Below are positions 1-13,655 of a DNA stretch of 32,000 bases, in pieces; position 1 is the first letter of the stretch; each line of letters starts with the position of its first letter. The stretch is from Mycolicibacterium smegmatis. GTDB taxonomy: Bacteria; Actinomycetota; Actinomycetes; Mycobacteriales; Mycobacteriaceae. The notes beneath the pieces were generated by a model, which had not been told where the DNA came from, searched no databases, and saw only the letters and a list, made by a program, of their open reading frames with translations. Made by a program: the position numbers and the translations under genes. The stretch is from assembly GCF_001457595.1 (NCBI RefSeq), contig NZ_LN831039.1, positions 6,060,001 to 6,092,000 on the forward strand, in the 5' to 3' direction.

Positions 1-177
1 CGATTTTCAGCGCCACAGCCGGCTCCGCCAGATCGGCTACCTGTTTTCCTCTCAGCGACCTCGCGCCCCCGCTTCGAGCTACCCCCGCAAACACCTTCTC
101 ACTATTGAGCGCCGAAAGCCTTTGGTACATAGACCATCAGAGCGAACTTCGGTCTGGATCCGGGCCCAGGCCCTGGA

Positions 178-1095
178 CTAGTTCTCGAGAGTCTCTTCGG
201 TGAACACAGTGGATCGCGCGAGGGCCGCGGCCTGGGCACGCGTGCTCACGCCCAGCTTGGCCAACAGGCTGTGGACGTGATTTTTGACGGTGTGGACAGC
301 GATGCAGAGCTGTTCGGCGATGTCCCGATTCGAAAGGCCCATTTCCAGTAGTCGAAGGATCTGGATCTCCCGGGAAGTAAGGACTAGTTCTTTTTGGACC
401 GGCTGCCGCTGCGACGCAAGGGTCGACAGGCGGCGCAGGAGGATCGCCGAGACTCTCGGCGAACAGAGCGATTCTCCCGCAGCAACTTTGTGTATCAATA
501 CAAGAAGATCCTTGAGCGAATCCGATCGCAGGTGGTAGCCGGCCACGCCGGCCTCGGCGCACGCGACGATTTCTGACTCGTCGTCCTCGGACACCCCAAG
601 GACAATCACGCGTACCTGCGGACTGAGCTTCAATGCCTGCCGCAGCAACATCGCGCTGTTGCGCGTGGACATATCCAGCAGAATGACACGAGGAACAGTG
701 GTCTCGTACGCGGCGATCAACGACGGCAGATCCCACGCGACACCAGGCGCCACCGCACCGTGGGATGCGAGTACCGCAGCGAGGTAGTCGCGGTAGAGAG
801 TGCAATCGCCGACGATCAGAATGCGCGCCTCGCGGAGCAGTCCCGCTCCGTCGGGCGCCTCGCGATACGACTCCCCCCACGACCCGGCCAACGACACAAC
901 CGACATGTCCCGCCACTCGTCCCGCGGGATCTGATGGACACGTCCGTTTGCTGGGCGGCGTCCGCTCCCTGGCATGTACTGGCACACCGACTCGGCCACG
1001 TCGGCTGCCGGACCACCGAACTGTTGATCACCGTCCGCGACCGTACCCATGCGGCCGCTCTCCGCATCCACCGAGATCCCAGAAAGCTCTTCCAT
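178..1095 (-). CDS. LuxR/NarL-type response regulator-like transcription factor with atypical receiver domain
   Basis: ORF with N-terminal receiver-like region (ILIVGDCTLYRDYL...VILLDMS) and C-terminal LuxR HTH (LTSREIQILRLLEMGLSNRDIAEQLCIAVHTVKNHVHSLLAKLGVSTRAQA); ATG at 1095. Confidence 0.85.
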   Translation of the reverse strand: MEELSGISVDAESGRMGTVADGDQQFGGPAADVAESVCQYMPGSGRRPANGRVHQIPRDEWRDMSVVSLAGSWGESYREAPDGAGLLREARILIVGDCTLYRDYLAAVLASHGAVAPGVAWDLPSLIAAYETTVPRVILLDMSTRNSAMLLRQALKLSPQVRVIVLGVSEDDESEIVACAEAGVAGYHLRSDSLKDLLVLIHKVAAGESLCSPRVSAILLRRLSTLASQRQPVQKELVLTSREIQILRLLEMGLSNRDIAEQLCIAVHTVKNHVHSLLAKLGVSTRAQAAALARSTVFTEETLEN

Positions 1096-1653
1096 CTCAA
1101 TACTTCTGGGGCACTGCCGTGTGAATCACCCTTATCGCAGGGCAATCTCGCCTGGTCAGAACCACAACCCCGTATGAACACATCATGATCAAACCGATCC
1201 TCCCCGCCCCGGACGGCACTCATCGAGTCCAGATCCAAGATGCGCCGATGGTAGGCATTTGCCATAACGGCGGTCAACGGAACGAGAGGACGATTCTGAG
1301 CAAAGGTTGCGGTGTTAAGAAGTCGAGCTTTTACTCGTGCGCGCGCCTACGGATTCCGTCGTCGCATCCACCCAGCTCGTACCGGTTCTCATACCATTCG
1401 TCGGATAAACAACGTGTTTTCCATACTCGAGGTTCTGTAAACAAGATCTAGCTGCGTCTTTTCGCCCTCATCGGCGAAGAGATCCGCTTGGTGATCGTCG
1501 CCAGCACAGCGAACGCAGATCATCTAAGTACCCGGAATGGTCCCAGCGACCCACAGATAGCAACGATGGAACAATACATACGACAAACGTGTAATGGTTG
1601 CTGAAACTGCCGCGGGAGGGCAGCTTTTCCCGTTGCGGGACGGGCCCAGTCCG

Positions 1654-2469
1654 CTACATCCGCTTCGCGATATCGTCCCCGCCGCTGTGCCGCGGCGACT
1701 CGTGGGGCGCGACCGGTACAGGACCGGGCGCGGGCCGGGCATCGCTGGGCCCCGCGGCGCTCGCCGGAGGTGCAGCAGGCGCAGGGGCGCTGGGCGCGGG
1801 AGCGGTGGGCGCGGCCGCCGACGAGGCCGGTCCGGATGCCGACGACGACGCGCCGGTGTGCTCGTTCAGCCGTGCCTCGCGCGCATTCTGATCGGCCTCG
1901 CGCCTGTTCTGCTCGTCCTCACGCTGGTTGAGATGGTCCTCGCGCTCGTTCTGCTTGGTCTCACGCTCGTTGAGTTGGGCTTCGCGCTCCTGTTGCTGCT
2001 GTTGGGGATTGGGTCCCATCGGAGCACCAGGCGCACCGGGACCACCTGGCGCGCCCGCACCTTCGGGACCACCGCCACCCTTCGCGCCTTCCATGGCCTT
2101 CATGAGCGGTTCCATCAGCGAACTGAACTGGCCGCCCATCTGACCTGCCATCTGCGCCGGCTGGGACGCCATCTGCCCGAGCTGACCGAGCTGGCCCATC
2201 ATCTGGCCGATCTGACCGACACCCTGTTGTCCTGACTGGTCGGCGTTTTCGTACGCGCCCTGGGCGTCACCGAGCTTGCCGTTGAACATGTTCTCCTTGG
2301 CCGCCAGCGCAGTGACGTTGGCGGTCATGGACGCATGGAGTGTCGGCAGCAAAGCGGCGATGGTCATGCTCATGGCGTCTTCGCCGGCCTGGATGGGCGG
2401 CATGTCCGGCAACTGCACCGGCGCGGCAGTCCAATTGAGCGCGCCGGGCGTCGTCATCGGTTGGTTCAC
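1654..2469 (-). CDS. ESX/Esp-like putative type VII secretion substrate, partner B (YxxxD motif; Gln/Met/Gly repeats, charged coiled-coil, Ala/Pro tail)
   Basis: GTG start 2469 (in-frame ATG at 2457). Helical N-terminus ending in Y-E-N-A-D (residues 73-77), a YxxxD/E secretion-type motif, followed by low-complexity GQMMGQLGQLGQM and QQQQQEREAQLNERETKQNEREDHLNQREDEQNRREADQNARE. Confidence 0.7.
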   Translation of the reverse strand: MNQPMTTPGALNWTAAPVQLPDMPPIQAGEDAMSMTIAALLPTLHASMTANVTALAAKENMFNGKLGDAQGAYENADQSGQQGVGQIGQMMGQLGQLGQMASQPAQMAGQMGGQFSSLMEPLMKAMEGAKGGGGPEGAGAPGGPGAPGAPMGPNPQQQQQEREAQLNERETKQNEREDHLNQREDEQNRREADQNAREARLNEHTGASSSASGPASSAAAPTAPAPSAPAPAAPPASAAGPSDARPAPGPVPVAPHESPRHSGGDDIAKRM

Positions 2470-2490
2470 GATCGGACTCCTCGGGTCATC

Positions 2491-3597
2491 TCACCAGTCG
2501 TCATCGTCATCGACCTCGTCGATCTCATGCTCCAGCGGAGCCGGAACAGCCAGGCTCGCAGCGGTTCCGCCGCCACCACCACCGCGCGGTCCGCCCATCA
2601 TGCCCATCGGACCACCCATGCCGCCGCCCATCGCACCTGCGGCCACCGGAGCGACACCGCCGACGACAGCACCACCGGCCGTGGCACCGGGATCCACCGA
2701 GACTGGGGCGGTACCGACGAGCTTCGACAGCACGGGTGTCTGTGCACCCACGCCGCCGCCACCGCCCGGCATGCCCGCGGCCTTCACCAGCCCGGCGCCA
2801 CTGCTGGGCCCCGAACCGCCTGCGAGCGGGTGATTGGAGAACGCCGAGAACGGGGAAGGTCCCGCTCCGGTGCCGCCTTTACCGACCGAACCCAGCATCG
2901 AGGTCAGCTGTTGCAGCGGCTGGGTCAACTGCTGCAGCGGCTGCGCGAGCTGTTGGGGAACCTGCCCCAGCATCTGGGGGAGCTGCCCGAGCATCTGCGG
3001 GAGCTGGCTGGCCATCTGCATGGCCATCTGGGCACCTTGATCGGCGCCCTTCTGAACGGCCTGCTGCGCCTGCGCCGTCGGGGGCGTGGTCATCTGGGGG
3101 ATGTTGGCGGTGGTTCCCAGCGCGCTCGCGAGCTCGGTGGTGCTGGCCGTGACGGTCGCGATGTTCTGCGAGAGCCCCATCTTGATGCGGCTCTCGATCA
3201 GCTCCTGCTTGTTGCCGAACGGCAGGGCCTGCAGGGCCTCGACCTCGTGCTGCACCTCCTGCGCCGCGGCGTTGACGGCCATCTTGGCCTTGACGACGGC
3301 CGCGGCCATCTGCGTCAGCTGGGCGGCGATGGCCTGGGCCTGCGCGGCGTTGGCCTCGTGTCCCGCGATCATGGTGGTGGCCTCCCCCGAGGCCGCCAGC
3401 GACCCGGCACCCTGCCAGACCTCCGTGAGCTTCATCAGCTGGTTGGTCTGCTGGGGCACGATGTTGCCGCTGATCGTGGTCGCCAGCTTCTCGTACGATG
3501 CCGCCGCAGCCGTCAACTGCTCCTCGTCGACGTTGGGCCATGCCGGGCCCATCACCGTCTGCGAGCCGAACGGACTGCTGTCGGGCATGATCCCCAC
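2491..3597 (-). CDS. ESX/Esp or PPE-like putative type VII secretion substrate, partner A (WxG motif)
   Basis: Helical N-terminus with W-Q-G at residues 61-63 (LTEVWQGAGSLAAS), repetitive PQMLGQLPQMLGQVPQQLAQPLQQLTQPLQQL, Gly-rich segment and acidic C-terminus EIDEVDDDDDW. Start GTG 3597 or ATG 3588. 21 bp upstream of partner B on the same strand. Confidence 0.7.
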   Translation of the reverse strand: MGIMPDSSPFGSQTVMGPAWPNVDEEQLTAAAASYEKLATTISGNIVPQQTNQLMKLTEVWQGAGSLAASGEATTMIAGHEANAAQAQAIAAQLTQMAAAVVKAKMAVNAAAQEVQHEVEALQALPFGNKQELIESRIKMGLSQNIATVTASTTELASALGTTANIPQMTTPPTAQAQQAVQKGADQGAQMAMQMASQLPQMLGQLPQMLGQVPQQLAQPLQQLTQPLQQLTSMLGSVGKGGTGAGPSPFSAFSNHPLAGGSGPSSGAGLVKAAGMPGGGGGVGAQTPVLSKLVGTAPVSVDPGATAGGAVVGGVAPVAAGAMGGGMGGPMGMMGGPRGGGGGGTAASLAVPAPLEHEIDEVDDDDDW

Positions 3598-3669
3598 GCC
3601 GCGTCCCCCTTCTACGCGCTGCTTCCTGCAGCAAAGATTACCGTGCGTAGCGGGGGTGGAAACGCACCT

Positions 3670-4833
3670 TTATCCGAGGATCAATCCCGAGGTCGGCACG
3701 CCGGTGCCGGCCGTGACCAACACATGCTCGACGCCTTCGACCTGGTTGACCGACGTCCCCCGCAACTGCCGCACGCCTTCGGCGATGCCGTTCATGCCGT
3801 GGATATAGGCCTCGCCGAGCTGCCCGCCGTGGGTGTTTATCGGCAGCTTGCCGCCGATTTCGATGGCGCCTCCGGCGATGAAGTCCTTGGCCTCGCCCTT
3901 ACCGCAGAACCCGAGCTCTTCGAGCTGCAGCAACGTGTACGGCGTGAAGTGGTCGTAGAGGATGGCCGTCTGGATGTCGTCGGGCGTGAGCCCGCTCTGC
4001 TGCCACAGCTGCCTGCCGACCAGTCCCATCTCGGGAAGTCCGAGCTCGTCGCGGTAGTAGGAGTACATCGTGAACTGGTCGGCGCCCGAGCCCTGTGCGG
4101 CGGCTTCGATGGTCACCGGCCGGTGCTTGAGGTCCTTGGCCCGCTCAGGTGTGGTGACGACGATGGCGACACCACCGTCGGTCTCCTGGCAGCAGTCCAG
4201 CAGCCGCAACGGTTCGGCGATCCACCGCGAGTTCTGGTGGTCCTCGATGGTGATCGGCTTACCGTAGAAGTGCGCCTTGGGGTTGTTGGCGGCGTGCTTG
4301 CGGTCGGCCACCGACACCACGCCGAAATCGGCACTGGTGGCGCCGTATTCGTGCATGTACCGACGCGCGATCATCGCGACCGACGCGGCGGGCGTGGACA
4401 GTCCGTGCGGGTAGGACCAGCTGTACTCGACGCCGCGCGAGTCGGCGTTGGTGGTCAGGCCCGTCATGACCTGCCCGAAACGGAACTCCGACCGCTCGTT
4501 GAACGCCCGGTAGGCCACGACGACCTCGGCGACACCGGTCGCGACAGCCAGCGCGGCCTGCTGGACGGTGGCAGCCGCGGCCCCACCGCCGTAGCCGATC
4601 TGACTGAAGAACTTCAGCTCGCCGATGCCGGTGGACCGCGCGACGGCGGTCTCCTGGTTGGAGTCCATGGTGAAGGTCACCAGGCCGTCGACGTCCGACG
4701 GCTCAAGGCCCGCGTCGTCGAGCGCGTCGAGCACGCATTCGGCGGCCAGGCGCAGTTCACTGCGCCCGGAGTTCTTCGAGAAGTCGGTGGCGCCGATACC
4801 TGCGATGGCGGCCTTGCCCGACAAGCCGGTCAT
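3670..4833 (-). CDS. ltp2: Thiolase-like steroid side-chain aldolase Ltp2
   Basis: SCP2-thiolase-like protein (GIGATDFSKNSGRSELRLAAECVLDALDDAG...; GGQLGEAYIHGMNGIAEGVRQLRG) in igr-operon context; ATG at 4833 overlaps the upstream stop. Confidence 0.9.
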   Translation of the reverse strand: MTGLSGKAAIAGIGATDFSKNSGRSELRLAAECVLDALDDAGLEPSDVDGLVTFTMDSNQETAVARSTGIGELKFFSQIGYGGGAAAATVQQAALAVATGVAEVVVAYRAFNERSEFRFGQVMTGLTTNADSRGVEYSWSYPHGLSTPAASVAMIARRYMHEYGATSADFGVVSVADRKHAANNPKAHFYGKPITIEDHQNSRWIAEPLRLLDCCQETDGGVAIVVTTPERAKDLKHRPVTIEAAAQGSGADQFTMYSYYRDELGLPEMGLVGRQLWQQSGLTPDDIQTAILYDHFTPYTLLQLEELGFCGKGEAKDFIAGGAIEIGGKLPINTHGGQLGEAYIHGMNGIAEGVRQLRGTSVNQVEGVEHVLVTAGTGVPTSGLILG

Positions 4834-5228
4834 GCCTTGTCTCCCAGATTCAGTGTGGCGGTGGCGATGACGTGGTTACCCAGGCTGTTGGAACCCGTGA
4901 CCTTGACCGTCACCAGGTCATCCTCGATGGCCGTCACCTCACCACGGAACGTCACGGTGTCGTAGGCGTACCACGGCACGCCCAGCCGCAGACCGATCGA
5001 CTTGATGCGCGCGTTCGGCCCGGCCCAGTCGGTCAGGTAGCGCTGCACCAGACCGGTGTCGGTGAGGATGTTGACGAAAATGTCCTTGGATCCCTTAGCC
5101 TGCGCCTTGTCCCGGTCGTGGTGCACGTCCTGGTAGTCGCGCGTGGCGATCGCGGTCGACACGATGAACGTCGGATCGCCGTAGATGGCCAGTTCGGGCA
5201 GGGCGGTGCCGACTTCGATCACGGTCAT
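4830..5228 (-). CDS. chsH1: MaoC-like enoyl-CoA hydratase subunit ChsH1
   Basis: MTVIEVGTALPELAIYGDPTFIVSTAIATRDYQDVHHDRDKAQAKGSKDIFVNILTDTG, hotdog-fold/MaoC-like. Start set at ATG 5228 (ATGA overlap with chsH2 stop) rather than the track start 5258. Confidence 0.87.
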   Translation of the reverse strand: MTVIEVGTALPELAIYGDPTFIVSTAIATRDYQDVHHDRDKAQAKGSKDIFVNILTDTGLVQRYLTDWAGPNARIKSIGLRLGVPWYAYDTVTFRGEVTAIEDDLVTVKVTGSNSLGNHVIATATLNLGDKA

Positions 5229-6190
5229 GCTCTGGGCTCCCATGCGTACAGCGTCCACGCCGGACTGATCTCACTGTCGGGGAAGTCGATGAAGGTGGCG
5301 CGCACCGGCATTCCGATCTGGACCTGGTCCGGATCGACGTTGCGCAGTTCGCCGAGCATGCGCACGCCCTCCTCGAGTTCGACGAGTGCGATCACGAACG
5401 GCAGTGTGCGTCCCGGCACCTTGGGTGCGTGGTGCACGACGTAGCTGAACACCGTGCCGTTGCCCGAGGCCACCACGTAGTCGATCGGTTGTTCCTTGTC
5501 CTGCCACACCGCAGGCACGGGCGGATGCTGCAGCGTGCCGTCGGGCCGGCGCTGGATGCGCAGTTCGTGCGCGTTGACGCCGTCCCAGAAGAACTGCGTG
5601 TCACGCGACGACGCGGGACGCATCAGCTTGTCGGGATCGAGATCGTCCGGCACCGCAGGCTTCTGGTCCTCGCGAGGCTTGAACTTCATGATGCGCCAGT
5701 TCATCTCGGCGACGGCTTCGCCTTCTTCCGTCGTCCACGTGATGAGCTGGTTGATGAAGTAGCCCTCGCCCAGCGCGGTCTGCTTGGGGCCCACGACGTC
5801 GGTGATCTCGGCGTGGATCGTGAGCTCTTCGCCCGGTTGCAGATAGCGGTGGTAGGTCTGCTCGCAGTTCGTGGCGACCACGCCGACGTATCCGGCATCG
5901 TCGAAGAGCTTCATGATCTTCGACAGCGGATCGTCGTCCGAGCGGCCCGCACCGAGCCCGCCCATGGTCCACACCTGGATCATGGCCGGCGGTGCGACGA
6001 TGCCCGGATGTCCGGCGGCCTTCGCGGCCTCCTGGTCGACGTAGATGGGGTTCTTGTCGCCGATGGCGTCGACCCAGTGGTGAATCATCGGCTGGTTCAC
6101 CGGATCTCGGCCCTTGCGGGGGTCGCTCTTGCCCTCGGCCTTGATCTTCTCGATCCCCGCCTGCAGATCCTCGTTGACCTGTGTCGTCAT
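5225..6190 (-). CDS. chsH2: ChsH2: MaoC-like domain fused to a DUF35-type domain
   Basis: MTTQVNEDLQAGIEKIKAEGK... MaoC-like N-terminus; C-terminal DUF35-like region (FFWDGVNAHELRIQRRPDGTLQHPPVPAVW...GTVFSYVVHH). ATG at 6190, inside the longer track ORF. Confidence 0.87.
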   Translation of the reverse strand: MTTQVNEDLQAGIEKIKAEGKSDPRKGRDPVNQPMIHHWVDAIGDKNPIYVDQEAAKAAGHPGIVAPPAMIQVWTMGGLGAGRSDDDPLSKIMKLFDDAGYVGVVATNCEQTYHRYLQPGEELTIHAEITDVVGPKQTALGEGYFINQLITWTTEEGEAVAEMNWRIMKFKPREDQKPAVPDDLDPDKLMRPASSRDTQFFWDGVNAHELRIQRRPDGTLQHPPVPAVWQDKEQPIDYVVASGNGTVFSYVVHHAPKVPGRTLPFVIALVELEEGVRMLGELRNVDPDQVQIGMPVRATFIDFPDSEISPAWTLYAWEPRA

Positions 6191-7349
6191 CGCGGGACCC
6201 TCGGAACCTTCAGCCCGGAAGCTGCGATCATCTCGCGCATCACCTCGTTCACACCGCCACCGAACGTGATCACCAGGTTGCGCTTGGTCATCTTGTCGAT
6301 CCACACCATCAGATCAGCGGTGTGCCGGTCGGCAGGGTTGCCGAACCGTGCGATGACCTCTTCGGCCAGCCGCCCGACTTCCTGGATGCGTTCGGTGGAA
6401 AAGACTTTCGTGGCTGCCGCGTCGGCGACCGCGATGGTCTCACCCGACGCCGCGACCTGCCAGTTCAGCAGCTCGTTGATGCGCCAGATCGCCTTGATCT
6501 GGCCCAGCAGGCGCTGCGCCTCCGGATGCTCGATGGGCGTGACACCGTCCGAGCCGGGTGTGGACGCCCACTTGTGCACCTGGTCGTAGATGCCCGCGAC
6601 CCGGCCCGCCGGACCCAGGCCCACGCGCTCATGGTTGAGCTGCGTGGTGATGAGCTTCCAGCCGCCGTTCTCCTCGCCGACGAGCATGTCGGCGGGCACG
6701 TGCACGTCGTTGTAGTACGACGCGTTGGTGTGGTGGGCACCGTCGGACAGGATGATCGGCGTCCACGAGTAACCGGGATCCTTGGTGTCGACGATGAGGA
6801 TCGAGATGCCCTTGTGTTTCGGCGCTTCCGGATCGGTGCGGCACGCGAGCCAGATGTAATCGGCGTCGTGGGCGCCGGTGGTCCACATCTTCTGGCCGTT
6901 GACGATGTACTCGTCTCCGTGCCGGATGGCTGTGGTGCGCAGTGACGCCAGGTCGGTGCCTGCCTCCGGTTCGGAGTAACCGATCGCGAAATGGACGTCG
7001 CCCGAGAGGATTCCGGGCAGGAACTTCTTCTTCTGCTCTTCGGTGCCGTACACCTGCAGCGTGGGTCCCACGGTCTGCAGCGTCACCATCGGCAGCGGGA
7101 TGTCGGCGCGGTTGGCCTCGTTGATGAAGATCTGCTGCTCGACGGGGCCGTAGCCCAGGCCGCCGTACTCCTTGGGCCAGCCCACCCCGAGCTTGCCGTC
7201 CGCGCCCATGCGCTTGATCACGGCACGGTAGGCCTCGTTGTGCCGGTCGGTCTCCATGGCCGCGGCCTCTTCGGGCGTGAGGAGCGTGGAGAAGTATTCC
7301 CGCAGTTCGGATTGCAGCTTGCGCTGCTCGGGAGTCAGGTCGATGAACA

Positions 7350-7350
<1 letters not shown>
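6187..7350 (-). CDS. fadE29: Acyl-CoA dehydrogenase ChsE2 (FadE29)
   Basis: MFIDLTPEQRKLQSELREYFSTLLTPEE... acyl-CoA dehydrogenase; GYSEPEAGTDLASLRTTA; operon position. ATG 7350 (1-nt overlap TAATG with the upstream stop). Confidence 0.9.
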
Positions 7351-10943
<3,593 letters not shown>

Positions 10944-10945
10944 CC

Positions 10946-11813
<868 letters not shown>

Positions 11814-11828
11814 TTCTTCTACCGCGAG

Positions 11829-11878
11829 CAGACGCAAAACTGCCGCTTTTCGCGTGAAAAGCGGCAGTTTTGTGTCTG
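11829..11878. terminator. Strong bidirectional intrinsic terminator hairpin between convergent genes
   Basis: CAGACGCAAAACTGCCGCTTTT - CGCGTG - AAAAGCGGCAGTTTTGTGTCTG: 22-nt arms with one non-Watson-Crick (G-T) position, 6-nt loop. Confidence 0.88.
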
Positions 11879-11890
11879 TTCGGCAGAAAA

Positions 11891-12796
11891 TCAGGCGCCG
11901 TACACCGGGACCGCGGGGCGGGCTTTGGCCAGCAGATCGGCGACGACGGGTCCGAGTTCGGCCGGATCCCAGCGCGCGCCCTTGTCGATCTCGGGGCCGT
12001 GCGCCCAACCCTCGGCGATGCGGATCTTGCCGCCCTCGACCTCGAACATCTTGCCGGTGACGTCGCGGGCCTCGGCGCTGCCCAGCCACACCACGATCGG
12101 CGAAATGTTCTCGGGCGCCATGGCGTCGAATTCCTGGTCTTGCGTGGCCATCATGTCGGCGAACACGGTCTCGGTCATGCGGGTGCGCGCCGACGGCGCG
12201 ATGGCGTTGACGGTGACGCCGTAGCGCCCCATCTCGGCGGCGGCGACGAGCGTCAGCGCCGCGATACCCGCCTTGGCCGCGCTGTAATTCGCCTGGCCGA
12301 CACTGCCCTGAAGTCCCGCACCGGAACTCGTGTTGATGATGCGCGCGTCCACGGTCTCGCCTGCCTTGGACTTGGCGCGCCAGTACGCCGCGGCGTGCTT
12401 CATGGTGGCGAAGTGGCCCTTGAGGTGCACGGCGACGACGGCGTCGAACTCCTCCTCGCTGGTGTTGGCGAACATCCGGTCGCGCACGATGCCGGCGTTG
12501 TTGACCAGGACGTCCAGACCGCCGAACGTGTCGACCGCGGTCTGGACGAGCGACTCGGCCTGTGCCCAGTCGGCGACGTTGGAGCCGTTGGCGACGGCTT
12601 CCCCACCGGCCGCGACGATTTCGTCGACCACGGTCTGCGCGGCGCTGCCACCGCTCGCGGGCGATCCGTCGAGGCCCACGCCGATGTCGTTGACCACCAC
12701 GCGTGCGCCTTCAGCGGCGAACGCGAGCGCGTGTGCGCGTCCGATGCCGCCACCGGCGCCGGTGACGATCACCACCCGGCCGTCGAGCAATCCCAT
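11891..12796 (-). CDS. Short-chain dehydrogenase/reductase (Rv3548c-like)
   Basis: VVIVTGAGGGIGRAHALAFAAEGARVVVND; YSAAKAGIAALT active-site motif. Confidence 0.85.
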   Translation of the reverse strand: MGLLDGRVVIVTGAGGGIGRAHALAFAAEGARVVVNDIGVGLDGSPASGGSAAQTVVDEIVAAGGEAVANGSNVADWAQAESLVQTAVDTFGGLDVLVNNAGIVRDRMFANTSEEEFDAVVAVHLKGHFATMKHAAAYWRAKSKAGETVDARIINTSSGAGLQGSVGQANYSAAKAGIAALTLVAAAEMGRYGVTVNAIAPSARTRMTETVFADMMATQDQEFDAMAPENISPIVVWLGSAEARDVTGKMFEVEGGKIRIAEGWAHGPEIDKGARWDPAELGPVVADLLAKARPAVPVYGA

Positions 12797-12811
12797 GTGC
12801 TTTTTCTCCTT

Positions 12812-13594
12812 CTATTTGAGTTCGGCGGTCGTCGTCGCCAGGTAGTGCGGCGGTTCGCCGCCGCCGTGCACCTCCAACGACGCGCCGCTGATGTAGGACG
12901 CCGCATCCGAGGCCAGAAACGCTGCGGCCCAGCCGATATCGGCAGGTTTGGCGAGACGCCCCAGCGGCACGTTCTTCGAGATGGCCGCGATCGAATCGGC
13001 GTCGCCGTAGAACAGCTCGGACTGCTCGGTCTCGACCATGCCCACCACCACCGAATTCACCCGCACCTTCGGCGCCCATTCGACGGCCAGGGTCTCGGTG
13101 AGATTGTCGACGCCGGCCTTGGCGGCGCCGTAGGCCGCCGTGCCCGGCGTGGGCCGCCGGCCGCTGACGCTGGAGATGTTGACGATCACTCCGCCGGTGT
13201 CCTGGTTCTGCATGACCGCGTTGGCGTGCTGCGAAACCGACAGCGGACCAAGCAGATTGAGCTCGATGATCTTGCTGCTGAACCGTGCCGAGGCCTCTGA
13301 GGCGGGCACGTAGGGCGACCCGCCCGCATTGTTGACCACCACGTCGATGCGACCGTGCTTCTCGACGATCGCGGTGATCAGCGCGGCCACGGACTCGTCG
13401 TCACGCACATCGCAGCTGTGGAACTCGTACGGCAGTCCTTCGACCGGGCGGCGGGCGCACGTCACGACGGTGGCACCCTGACCAGCGAAGACGGCGCTGA
13501 TCCCAGCGCCAACCCCTCGGACTCCGCCGGTCACCAGGACCACCTTGCCGGTCAAACCCAGATTGATCGCGCCGGCTTCTGGCATATCGGTCAC
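12812..13594 (-). CDS. Short-chain dehydrogenase/reductase (Rv3549c-like)
   Basis: KVVLVTGGVRGVGAGISAVFAGQGATVVTCARR; YGAAKAGVDNLTETLAVEWAP. Start GTG 13594 preferred (leaderless -10 6 nt upstream); alternative ATG 13585. Confidence 0.83.
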   Translation of the reverse strand: MTDMPEAGAINLGLTGKVVLVTGGVRGVGAGISAVFAGQGATVVTCARRPVEGLPYEFHSCDVRDDESVAALITAIVEKHGRIDVVVNNAGGSPYVPASEASARFSSKIIELNLLGPLSVSQHANAVMQNQDTGGVIVNISSVSGRRPTPGTAAYGAAKAGVDNLTETLAVEWAPKVRVNSVVVGMVETEQSELFYGDADSIAAISKNVPLGRLAKPADIGWAAAFLASDAASYISGASLEVHGGGEPPHYLATTTAELK

Positions 13595-13600
13595 TGTGCT

Positions 13601-13606
13601 AGCGTA
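13601..13606 (-). promoter_or_regulatory. Candidate -10 (TACGCT) for leaderless SDR transcript
   Basis: TAnnnT on the minus strand, 6 nt before GTG 13594. Confidence 0.5.
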
Positions 13607-13609
13607 CCA

Positions 13610-13623
13610 AGCAAGTGCTTGCT
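13610..13623. promoter_or_regulatory. KstR2-type operator in the SDR / echA20 divergent region
   Basis: AGCAAGTGCTTGCT matches AnCAAGnnCTTGnT exactly. Confidence 0.88.
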
Positions 13624-13655
13624 TAGGTAGCCGACCAGGAACGATCAGGAATCCG

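Noticed and set aside
1185-1451. 88-aa plus-strand ORF in the upstream gap
   Set aside because: No domain signature and poor coding-like composition; kept only as part of the non-coding gap observation.
2941-3040. Possible CRISPR-like short direct repeats
   Set aside because: They are codon-level repeats encoding PQMLGQL/PQQL peptides inside a CDS, with no spacers and no cas genes.
2335-4965. 876-aa plus-strand ORF
   Set aside because: Antisense to the Esp-like pair, ltp2 and part of chsH1; composition (RRG, HLR, GRD-rich) is typical of high-GC shadow frames and it shows no family motifs.
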